Virus record (IMG/VR): IMGVR_UViG_3300043418_000072
Coordinates: 124,001-188,000 of that record
Length of the DNA stretch: 64,000 nt
Strand: one strand, 5' to 3'
Both the position numbers and the translations under genes were made by a program. Below are positions 45,266-52,679 of the stretch, one piece after another; within the stretch, counting starts at the first letter, position 1, and the number at the start of each line of letters is the position of its first letter. A model generated the notes under the pieces. It worked only from the letters and a program-made list of their open reading frames with translations. It was not told the origin of the DNA and did no database searches.

Positions 45266-45543
45266 AAGTGCCTTAATGTAAACATAATTAGATTTTCTTC
45301 TTCGAAGAAGTCTGCATAACGCTTGCTGTATTCTGTATAAATGCGGCCACCACATGACCAAACATAATGATCAAACGCTTGACCAGCACCATAACGTAAG
45401 TTAAGTCGATCAAAGTGGTCAATCCAATGTCCCGAGGTCTTATACCCATTGTTTGCAGCCCACTTCTGGAAGATAGTGTTTAGCTGGTCGGATTCAATAC
45501 GTGCCTTTTTCATAAGGGAGTCTCTTGTATATTGCTTTTTCAT
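45262..45543 (-). CDS. W-cassette
   Basis: Ends MFTLRHL. Confidence 0.75.
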   Translation of the reverse strand: MKKQYTRDSLMKKARIESDQLNTIFQKWAANNGYKTSGHWIDHFDRLNLRYGAGQAFDHYVWSCGGRIYTEYSKRYADFFEEENLIMFTLRHL

Positions 45544-45740
45544 TTATGGATCAATGCAAACATTATAGCATCTTTTTCATTTTCGAAGTAAACGCCATGT
45601 CCTCCCATGCTAAAATGTCCGATTCCATCAAACTCTTCGCACCAAAGCAATGCCTCTATCCAACCAATGGTTTTTTGGTTTTCAGATAATGGAATGTATG
45701 TGTAGTCGCAATCCATTAGCATAGTTAGCTCTTGCTTCAT
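45540..45740 (-). CDS. W-cassette
   Basis: FENEKDAIMFAL. Confidence 0.75.
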   Translation of the reverse strand: MKQELTMLMDCDYTYIPLSENQKTIGWIEALLWCEEFDGIGHFSMGGHGVYFENEKDAIMFALIHK

Positions 45741-45967
45741 GACCACCTCAACATAAACATTGTCATGTGTTGTTCGTCAGGAAACGATACCCACAACTCG
45801 GGTTTGCGACCAACTGGTCCAACCTTAACAACATTGTAGTCTTGCTTGAGCCAATCCCAAATAGTTATGTGATGCCCGTCGTTGTTGTGTATGTCACGAC
45901 CAATGTTGTCCCAGTAGTAATTGGCAATCTTCTGAAAGTATGGGCGAATGTCTTTGCGTAGTTTCAT
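45737..45967 (-). CDS. W-cassette
   Basis: Ends MFMLRWS; close to 46433. Confidence 0.8.
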   Translation of the reverse strand: MKLRKDIRPYFQKIANYYWDNIGRDIHNNDGHHITIWDWLKQDYNVVKVGPVGRKPELWVSFPDEQHMTMFMLRWS

Positions 45968-46215
45968 GACCACCTCAACACAAACATGGTATAGTCGTGC
46001 TCGTCTTTGAAGGTCACTACAAATCTATACCCACTGTCTTTACCTTCAATACAAGCACCGACTTGAGCAATTTCTTCTTCAAGGATATGGTCCACCAATG
46101 CCGGAGGTGCGGACTTTTTAGTAATACGGCGTGCCCATACATCTGCATACCAACGCTCGAAGTAATTCCTGGGTTGTTTACAGTTGATGTTTTGGTAATA
46201 CTCTTTTACAATCAT
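45964..46215 (-). CDS. W-cassette
   Basis: Ends MFVLRWS. Confidence 0.8.
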   Translation of the reverse strand: MIVKEYYQNINCKQPRNYFERWYADVWARRITKKSAPPALVDHILEEEIAQVGACIEGKDSGYRFVVTFKDEHDYTMFVLRWS

Positions 46216-46436
46216 GACCACCTCAACACAAAGTAAGTTAAATCTTGTTCAGTGCTAAACACAATGCACTTGGTTTCGTTATTCCAGTGTGCATTGTAGT
46301 CTCTGAGAAACTCTTCTCCCGAGAGGGGAGCACGGCGGGTCTTCATCATCTCAGGTTCTATCACTGCTCTATAGAAGTTTTTGTATGCCATTGGGCTTTG
46401 GTCGTAATCGTCGGATATGTAAAGAGTTGTACTCAT
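46212..46436 (-). CDS. W-cassette
   Basis: Ends YFVLRWS. Confidence 0.8.
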   Translation of the reverse strand: MSTTLYISDDYDQSPMAYKNFYRAVIEPEMMKTRRAPLSGEEFLRDYNAHWNNETKCIVFSTEQDLTYFVLRWS

Positions 46437-46645
46437 GACCACCTCAGTATAAACCAATTGAGTGTTTTCTCATCGGGAAATGACACCACTATCTGCTGGC
46501 TGGCTGCACTGCCAAAAGTGTGGCTAATACCGTACTCACGGCCAAGCCAATCCCAGACACTAATATTAGACTTGTATAGATCATCCCAATAGTGGTTAGC
46601 AACCTTCTTGAAGTAGGGATAGATGTCTGCATAGATTTTAGTCAT
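46433..46645 (-). CDS. W-cassette
   Basis: Ends WFILRWS. Confidence 0.8.
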   Translation of the reverse strand: MTKIYADIYPYFKKVANHYWDDLYKSNISVWDWLGREYGISHTFGSAASQQIVVSFPDEKTLNWFILRWS

Positions 46646-46926
46646 GCCCACCTCAACAAGAATACTGCACGATCACGCTCGTACTTGAAGAAGATTGTTT
46701 CAAATCTCCAGATCCAGTCACGCCCAAAATGTTCTTCACACCACAGCATAACTTCTTCAAACGGTGCGGCACCATTAAACTGCCAGCAGGAGAAACAGTG
46801 ACACACAATATTAACGGCATCTGCGTCATTGGTGTACAGGCAAGGAGTCTCTGCAACAAACTCACGCAGGCGCAGGCGAAGAGTGCCGTAGATTGAATCA
46901 ATTTGCAGTGTGTCTTTTACTATCAT
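46642..46926 (-). CDS. W-cassette
   Basis: WCEEHFG, ends VFLLRWA. Confidence 0.8.
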   Translation of the reverse strand: MIVKDTLQIDSIYGTLRLRLREFVAETPCLYTNDADAVNIVCHCFSCWQFNGAAPFEEVMLWCEEHFGRDWIWRFETIFFKYERDRAVFLLRWA

Positions 46927-47144
46927 GAAAATCTCAACATAAACAACAAATAGTCGTGCTCATTCTCAAAGTAGAACTTGGTAGTCTCTGGATCTTTATC
47001 AATGGCGTTCCATTCGGATAGTGCCTGCGTGATAGAGTCGGCCTCATTGAAATCGTACCCTTGTGTTTCGGCATAGTCGCGAAAGTTTTCCCACCAATGC
47101 TTGCGTCCAGTGCCAGTTTCAGAGTCGATGTCTAGCTCAATCAT
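46923..47144 (-). CDS. W-cassette
   Basis: Ends LFMLRFS. Confidence 0.8.
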   Translation of the reverse strand: MIELDIDSETGTGRKHWWENFRDYAETQGYDFNEADSITQALSEWNAIDKDPETTKFYFENEHDYLLFMLRFS

Positions 47145-47371
47145 GACATTCTCAGTAAAAACATTACATAATCTCGTTCGTTGTTGAACACTAGAAAATT
47201 CTCTCTAGTACGCCAACTCCACTCACGCTCGGCATTAAACTCTTGTTTGACAAAGTCGAAAAACTGCATTTGAATTTTTCCAGTAGCAGTCATGTGCTTT
47301 ACAATTTTAACATTGTAATCATTTTCTGTCACAGCCACTCGATATTGCTTACGCCAGAACCGCCAGTTCAT
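47141..47371 (-). CDS. W-cassette
   Basis: Ends MFLLRMS. Confidence 0.8.
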   Translation of the reverse strand: MNWRFWRKQYRVAVTENDYNVKIVKHMTATGKIQMQFFDFVKQEFNAEREWSWRTRENFLVFNNERDYVMFLLRMS

Positions 47372-47577
47372 GAGTACTTGATCCTAAAAAATATGTATAA
47401 CTGCTCGTCGTGAAACTTGACATTATAAGTGTACTTGGCTTTGCTTTTGGCAACAGTTGCCTTCCACTTAGTTAGTTCTGTACGAATGTGTTCTTGCCCA
47501 CCAGCTGCATCAACAAAGTTGCAGAAGTAGGCATCACCGTTGCGGCCACCATAGTAATGATACTGACGTTTAATCAT
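47368..47577 (-). CDS. W-cassette
   Basis: Ends FFRIKYS. Confidence 0.75.
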   Translation of the reverse strand: MIKRQYHYYGGRNGDAYFCNFVDAAGGQEHIRTELTKWKATVAKSKAKYTYNVKFHDEQLYIFFRIKYS

Positions 47578-47930
47578 GCGCCTTTGATCTCCGTGACGTG
47601 CTTGCAGCTACCGCGGAATTTGAATCCACTGCATGTGCATGAATACATCAAGCCATCTTTACGAACAATGTACTCATCGCCCTTGCTGCCCTTAACAATC
47701 CACTGTGGGACCGTTGGTGCAACTTCTGCAGGGATCACATAGTTAAAGGTGTTGGTAACTGGCTTGAAGCTGCGACCGCGAGTGTCGATACGAATTGGGC
47801 GTTTGAATTCTTTTGCAGTGCTGTTACCCGGGGCAACATAGGCAAACATACGAGTCTTGTCATCTGACAGCAAGTAGATGCCGTTTGAAATCTTGTCTTT
47901 GTAGTCAGTAGTTTCTTGAAAGAATTTCAT
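47574..47930 (-). CDS. SWIM zinc-finger protein
   Basis: YSCTCSGFKFRGSCKH (CxCxnCxH). Confidence 0.8.
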   Translation of the reverse strand: MKFFQETTDYKDKISNGIYLLSDDKTRMFAYVAPGNSTAKEFKRPIRIDTRGRSFKPVTNTFNYVIPAEVAPTVPQWIVKGSKGDEYIVRKDGLMYSCTCSGFKFRGSCKHVTEIKGA

Positions 47931-47958
47931 GGTTGACCCTTTTGTTTGCGATATATGT

Positions 47959-47987
47959 ATTATACATGAACGCTCATTATGGGTCAA
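47959..47987 (-). promoter_or_regulatory. sigma70-type promoter heading W-array 2
   Basis: TTGACC-17-TATAAT. Confidence 0.85.
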
Positions 47988-48003
47988 CCAAAAAAAGTAG
48001 TAC

Positions 48004-48180
48004 TCAAGTATTAGTAAACTTTAGCGCAAAAAACGTGCTCATAGGACCATCTTCGATAGTAACTACATATCCCGGCCATTCCCGTTTAAACGGCCAGTGC
48101 TTTACTTTGGACTCTTTGAGAGCTTGCCTGACTGAGTTTATATCTTTATACGGAACTTTTAGTTCAATCGTCTTCTTCAT
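48004..48180 (-). CDS. W-cassette-like protein
   Basis: TFFALKF. Confidence 0.65.
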   Translation of the reverse strand: MKKTIELKVPYKDINSVRQALKESKVKHWPFKREWPGYVVTIEDGPMSTFFALKFTNT

Positions 48181-48739
48181 CGTCAAATCCTTCATTGCCG
48201 CGCATCTCGATATGAATGTATTGGTTATCATAATCCTTATGGTATGCTTCGTTTGCATTTAGCACACGATACTGGTTGGGATACTTGAGTGCTAACATTA
48301 GCATATCATCTCTATTTGTGATCTCGGTAATGATGTACTCAGTGCCACATGCACCGTCTACGTGTTTGATCATGCCATGTTTAAACTCATTGTCGATAAT
48401 AGCAGTGGTTAAATTACTGTGCATAGGCACAATGATGCGATCAAATGGCAAGTGCGGTGTAGGTAAGTTACGATCTAGTATTCCTAATTTGGATAACGTT
48501 GCACAGTTATCTTGGTCAATGGTTAGCTTACATCGCTTGAACTTGATGCTGCCTTTGGTACTGGGATTATCGGGTGTTTCCTTGGTGCTCCAAGGGATTT
48601 CTGCTGTTACGTGATGCACGTAAAAAGTGACTCCGTGTGATTTAATGACCCACATGGGAATGGTCGGATCTGTAAGATGTCCCTTATTGAAGTGGAACAC
48701 TAATTCCTTACATTGGTAGTTGATCTAGGCTTGTGACAT
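48164..48739 (-). CDS. Hypothetical protein with in-frame TAG at codon 5 (candidate read-through gene)
   Basis: AAAGGAG-6nt-ATG TCA CAA GCC TAG ATC AAC..., in frame with the 178-aa track ORF. Confidence 0.65.
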
Positions 48740-48753
48740 GAGTTTCTCCTTTG

Positions 48754-49047
48754 TTATGTCGTTGTAATATTATATATGCCTTTAAGGCCGTCTGTCAATT
48801 CATTTAGACGATCTCGATAGCGAAGTTGTAGATATGTGTACTGCGCTGGGGTAACATTTCTAAACACCACACGATCAAGGTGATGAACAACTCGTTGTTC
48901 GGTTGCCATATCGCGCCACCCACTGTCAAACATACTGGACTCGGGTTTGAGACCATGTGTGTTAACTAGGTCAAAGTCCATATCGGTTTCGTTAAGAAAC
49001 TCTACATCATCTGAATTAAGGGCGTTGCGTAATAAGTAATCAGTCAT
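48754..49047 (-). CDS. W-cassette-like variant
   Basis: YLQLRY; similar to 33725. Confidence 0.6.
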   Translation of the reverse strand: MTDYLLRNALNSDDVEFLNETDMDFDLVNTHGLKPESSMFDSGWRDMATEQRVVHHLDRVVFRNVTPAQYTYLQLRYRDRLNELTDGLKGIYNITTT

Positions 49048-49966
49048 TGAACTCTTCGTACTCGCGTTTTTCAGCGTCAAGTACTTTCTTCATTGCATCA
49101 ATCAGCAGCAAGTAACCTTCAGGTTCTTGTTGTTGGCTACCAGCACCCGATTGTGGGCTCCAGAACTTGCGGGTCTCTAACATAAATCCATCGATCCACA
49201 CGGCTTTGAGGTACTCAGTTAACATCCCTCTAAGACCTTCGCGATCGTTGGCTTCGACATAGTCACAAACCATAAGACTGGGGCGAACCAAACTGCTGTA
49301 ACGATACTCGTCATGTGCTAGCCACTGTGCCGCAGTATTTAATTGAGCTCTTTCTTTGCCTTCGTTGAGAATACGTAGGCCACGCAATGGATCAAATCGG
49401 AATAGATCTTTCTTGCACGATTCAAACAAGTGATCCACACATGCAGCAACGTCTTTAACTACATCAGCAAAGGTGATGTTGATGTAAGCGTCATCCCATC
49501 CACTGGTGCCGTTGTTGGCACCCACATAGCGTTCAACAACACGGTTCTCGATCACGTGATCAAAAACGTCCTTGTGGATCATTACAAATCCCACGTGCTG
49601 GCGCTGGCGCTCGTAGCGACCTTTGATGAACAAGCGACTCTCGTGTACTGCTTCAAAGAACACATCTGCATCAAAGCCTTCGCGTTTGACCGGAATGTCG
49701 TGAAATGTATTCTCTCCCTGTGGCAACTCAACCAGTTCTTCTTTGATAGCATTTATAACCAAGTCAACCCCGAGACCTGTGCAGTCCTCTGCGCCACCGT
49801 AGTCGTTATACTTGGCATAGAACGGCATCATTACTGGTGCGTAAAATGGGGTAGTGTAACAAAGACTGTCCACACCGTTGTTTTTAACAAGTGCAAACAC
49901 AACCACGTCTTGATTGGCGCGAATGTGTAGCTGAGACAGTCCACAAGTTTGATTCCAACATCCCAT
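49040..49966 (-). CDS. Hypothetical protein
   Basis: MGCWNQTC start, YNDYG; AAGGA RBS. Confidence 0.8.
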   Translation of the reverse strand: MGCWNQTCGLSQLHIRANQDVVVFALVKNNGVDSLCYTTPFYAPVMMPFYAKYNDYGGAEDCTGLGVDLVINAIKEELVELPQGENTFHDIPVKREGFDADVFFEAVHESRLFIKGRYERQRQHVGFVMIHKDVFDHVIENRVVERYVGANNGTSGWDDAYINITFADVVKDVAACVDHLFESCKKDLFRFDPLRGLRILNEGKERAQLNTAAQWLAHDEYRYSSLVRPSLMVCDYVEANDREGLRGMLTEYLKAVWIDGFMLETRKFWSPQSGAGSQQQEPEGYLLLIDAMKKVLDAEKREYEEFND

Positions 49967-49980
49967 TTGAGTTCCTTAAT

Positions 49981-50265
49981 TTACTCGTTGTCCAAAATAG
50001 CGAAGATTTCTTCTTCCTTGATTACCAGCAGAGTTTCGCCCTTAACTGTTACAGTAATTGTGGCAGATGGATTGTACATCACGCGATCACCGACTTGCAC
50101 TGTAAGTGGGATGGGTGCGCCATCTTTAACGGGCTTGCCTGTGCCTACTGCTACAACTTCGGCTTCGTAAACCGGAGTTACTGAAGTAGTTAGCATAATG
50201 CCACCTGCGGATTTTGTTTCGGGTTCAAGTTTCTTGATTAGAACTCTGTCGTGCATTACTTGCAT
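49981..50265 (-). CDS. groES: Co-chaperonin GroES
   Basis: HDRVLIK, SAGGI, VVAVGTG, VQVGDRV, EEEIFAI. Confidence 0.95.
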   Translation of the reverse strand: MQVMHDRVLIKKLEPETKSAGGIMLTTSVTPVYEAEVVAVGTGKPVKDGAPIPLTVQVGDRVMYNPSATITVTVKGETLLVIKEEEIFAILDNE

Positions 50266-50280
50266 GTTATTTCCTTATTA

Positions 50281-50394
50281 ACCATAGTTAAGTACACTGC
50301 CGGAGTAGCAAGAACCAACTTGCCCACTTTGTTCCGTCCTGGATAGATTACTCTACTGGTTCCCAGGCAAACCGCTAATGTACTTAACTATGGT
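50281..50394 (-). ncRNA. Structured tRNA 3' trailer closed by a perfect 16-bp inverted repeat
   Basis: ACCATAGTTAAGTACA (50281-50296) / TGTACTTAACTATGGT (50379-50394); internal GNRA hairpin. Confidence 0.6.
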
Positions 50395-50465
50395 GCGCTA
50401 GGCGGGAATCGAACCCGCGATTCAGAGGTTTAGAAACTCCTGCTATACCATTTAGCTACTAGCGC
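50391..50465 (-). tRNA. tRNA with CUA anticodon (amber suppressor), CCA encoded
   Basis: 75-nt cloverleaf GCGCTAG...TT-CTA-AA...TTCGATT...CTAGCGC-A-CCA. Confidence 0.9.
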
Positions 50466-50473
50466 ATTTTGTA

Positions 50474-50502
50474 ATTATAACAAGAGCACTGATGTTAGTC
50501 AA
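50474..50502 (-). promoter_or_regulatory. sigma70-type promoter for the tRNA
   Basis: TTGACT-17-TATAAT. Confidence 0.85.
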
Positions 50503-50517
50503 TGCCCTTGTTGTTCA

Positions 50518-51921
50518 TTATTTCATGCTGTTAGCACGAACTTGTTCGAAAGTGATTTCGTTAAACAATGCACCGTTCTGGAAAACAGTTTGCAATGCTT
50601 CAGTCCAACCACCAATGCCTTTGTCGCTCCAACCAGTAGGGGCTTGCACACTTGTTGAAAACTCGCCACCACTGTTGGTCCACAACTTAACACGGCCTTT
50701 GAGTGATGCTTTGCCACTGTCAGTGATGGGGTCTTTGTAAACATCAACCCATTCACCGTTGACACATGCACTGGAACATTTCATAGCCCACTTCTGTGTA
50801 TCACGATCAATAGCTTGCAGCAAAGCACCACCCATACCAAATGCAAAGTTATCTGCTGACCAACCTTGGAAATCAACCATAGTGCGCAAGATGCTTTGGA
50901 TGCTAACAGTGTTGATACCATCGCCCCAGATCATGCGTACATTGTTGAGTACCTTGTAGCCCTTGTCATTGGTAGTGTATCCAAAGCCTTCTGCAAGAAT
51001 TGCAATCATCTTTGGCATGACTTCAACAGGATCACCTGAGTCAGGACGGATAACAACTGTGGCACCTGAATCAATCACTTGCTGTTTCAAGTCACCAGTA
51101 CTCCACATTTTACATGCTTCGTAGATGTTGTAGCTGTCACTAACAACTGCAACAATACCGCCTGGCTTACCAAACTGTGTGACCATGTTGCTGTAGGCGT
51201 TCAGTTCACCTGCACGACCCCAACTAGTGATAGTACTGTGCTCGGCAGCTGGAATTGAAAAACCTGCGATGCCAGCATTGTAATATTCGCGAGCGTACAG
51301 TACACCAGTAATAGTGTCGGTACCCATGAAGTTGACCAAGTGGGCCGCACCCCCAATACCAGCACTCTCCATTGAAGATACACCACGAGCACCAAAATCG
51401 TGCAGTTTAAAACCGATAGTAGTAGGATCACCAGATTTCTCCAAGTATTCTTGCAAGATGTTTTTAATGTACTTGCTTTGTGTTGAGACTGTAGTTGGGT
51501 ACCAGACTGCACGAAGCAATGGAGTTTCCAACCATGTGGTTAAACCGTGGCACTTGGGGTCAGTGTTTTCGATTGTGACCAGTGCGTTTCCAACTGGGAC
51601 AACAGTGCCTTCTGGTACGGCTTTAATGACCACGGGCAAGTAGCCGTTGTGTGCTTCGACGATGTAGTCCCACATGGTGCGGTCGAATGGTTCGCCGTGT
51701 GCTGTGAGGATTTCTTCTGCGATGTCAACGTCGGCTTTTGTAATTGGGTCAAGTAAATACTCCTTGAAGAAAATTTGCAGTCCAACAACTTGTGTGAATG
51801 TGAATTTGCCGCCGCGGGCTGCAATGTAGCTGAATACATTAGTAGTGCCAGCTGGGTATTGAGGCGCCATACTAACTTTGTAGCTGTCAGTATTGAGAAT
51901 GATGTTTTTAGAGAGTTTCAT
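50518..51921 (-). CDS. nadV: Nicotinamide phosphoribosyltransferase
   Basis: TDSYK, LHDFGARG, AAEHS, VSDSY, IRPDSG. Confidence 0.95.
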   Translation of the reverse strand: MKLSKNIILNTDSYKVSMAPQYPAGTTNVFSYIAARGGKFTFTQVVGLQIFFKEYLLDPITKADVDIAEEILTAHGEPFDRTMWDYIVEAHNGYLPVVIKAVPEGTVVPVGNALVTIENTDPKCHGLTTWLETPLLRAVWYPTTVSTQSKYIKNILQEYLEKSGDPTTIGFKLHDFGARGVSSMESAGIGGAAHLVNFMGTDTITGVLYAREYYNAGIAGFSIPAAEHSTITSWGRAGELNAYSNMVTQFGKPGGIVAVVSDSYNIYEACKMWSTGDLKQQVIDSGATVVIRPDSGDPVEVMPKMIAILAEGFGYTTNDKGYKVLNNVRMIWGDGINTVSIQSILRTMVDFQGWSADNFAFGMGGALLQAIDRDTQKWAMKCSSACVNGEWVDVYKDPITDSGKASLKGRVKLWTNSGGEFSTSVQAPTGWSDKGIGGWTEALQTVFQNGALFNEITFEQVRANSMK

Positions 51922-52003
51922 AATAAAGTTCCTTTATTTAAATTGCCTTAGGTCTATCCTTAGGACTTGCTTACAGTATAACAGTGAACCATTTCATTGT
52001 CAA
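51922..52003 (-). promoter_or_regulatory. nadV promoter and two-hairpin leader
   Basis: TTGACA-17-TATACT; G-ATAGA-C hairpin; SD-sequestering hairpin. Confidence 0.7.
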
Positions 52004-52204
52004 CTATTCTGTTCCGCCAATTTTCTTGGCACGTTGGATACGTTCGTAATCTTCGCGGCATTCCTTTGAGCAAAAAATGCCTTCAGTTGGCTCATCACAA
52101 GACAAGCAGAACCCATTTGATTCTGGAACCGTTTGGCGATTGCGGAGGTTGTTTTGCAACCAAATGTCTGATGCGTTTGCTGCGTCTTCTAACATATCAC
52201 TCAT
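52004..52204 (-). CDS. C4 Zn-finger protein (TraR/DksA-like or Zn-ribbon)
   Basis: MSD..EDA, CLSC...FCSKEC. Confidence 0.65.
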   Translation of the reverse strand: MSDMLEDAANASDIWLQNNLRNRQTVPESNGFCLSCDEPTEGIFCSKECREDYERIQRAKKIGGTE

Positions 52205-52461
52205 TTTTGTACCTTAATTTCTTGGATTTCCGTTGTTGCTTTAAGCGAAGTCAGATACGACATTGGGTATGTACGCTTCCTGCCATTGACGCTGATTTGA
52301 TATCCTGGTTCGACTTTGGTTCCATAAAAGAATCCACCTTTATGGAATGCCATTGGTCGAAGTTCGCCGGTGACTTTAACAGAGTACAGTTTCTCTTCTG
52401 CCACGTTCCAGAAGTAACCTGGGAAGCGTGTTGCTACAAAATCTACAGGTAGTGTAACCAT
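52201..52461 (-). CDS. Hypothetical protein
   Basis: Coupled ORF. Confidence 0.7.
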   Translation of the reverse strand: MVTLPVDFVATRFPGYFWNVAEEKLYSVKVTGELRPMAFHKGGFFYGTKVEPGYQISVNGRKRTYPMSYLTSLKATTEIQEIKVQK

Positions 52462-52679
52462 TATAACTCCACTCTTTCAAAGTAAATCTTGGCAAAGCCC
52501 ATGGGGCTTGTTGCACGGCGTTCAATTTGTAGATACAAACGTGTCGGAGTATCCTCTAACACATGGTGCACCACAATCTGATCCATGGTATCGTTAAACA
52601 CTTGAGTCCTAACTTGTTCAGCTAAGAACAGTTGTTGACTACGCCGGGGTTGATAGTTGCTCTTGTGCATCTTAAACAC
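52461..52679 (-). CDS. Hypothetical protein
   Basis: Coupled ORF. Confidence 0.6.
   Translation of the reverse strand: MFKMHKSNYQPRRSQQLFLAEQVRTQVFNDTMDQIVVHHVLEDTPTRLYLQIERRATSPMGFAKIYFERVEL

Noticed and set aside
46885-46917. KDTLQIDSIYG as another PolB motif B copy
   Set aside because: Lacks the invariant Asn and K-x3-N spacing; too weak
28362-47144. Regularly spaced LRWS/FGVEE repeats as a CRISPR array
   Set aside because: Spacing is 200-400 bp, the spacers are intact ORFs, the repeats are in-frame coding, and no cas genes are present
26773-47577. Classical integron or diversity-generating retroelement
   Set aside because: No attC-type palindromes, tyrosine recombinase, reverse transcriptase, or TR/VR pair differing at adenines seen; such genes could still lie outside the window
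50281-50390. Theta/HDV-like or hammerhead ribozyme
   Set aside because: No G at the tRNA junction, no recognisable nested double pseudoknot, no CUGAnGA/GAAA core by eye; kept as an unknown structure
50391-50465. tRNA-Pyl or tRNA-Arg(UCU)
   Set aside because: Canonical D-loop GG, T-loop TTC and 5-bp anticodon stem exclude Pyl; the UCU register leaves the stem unpaired
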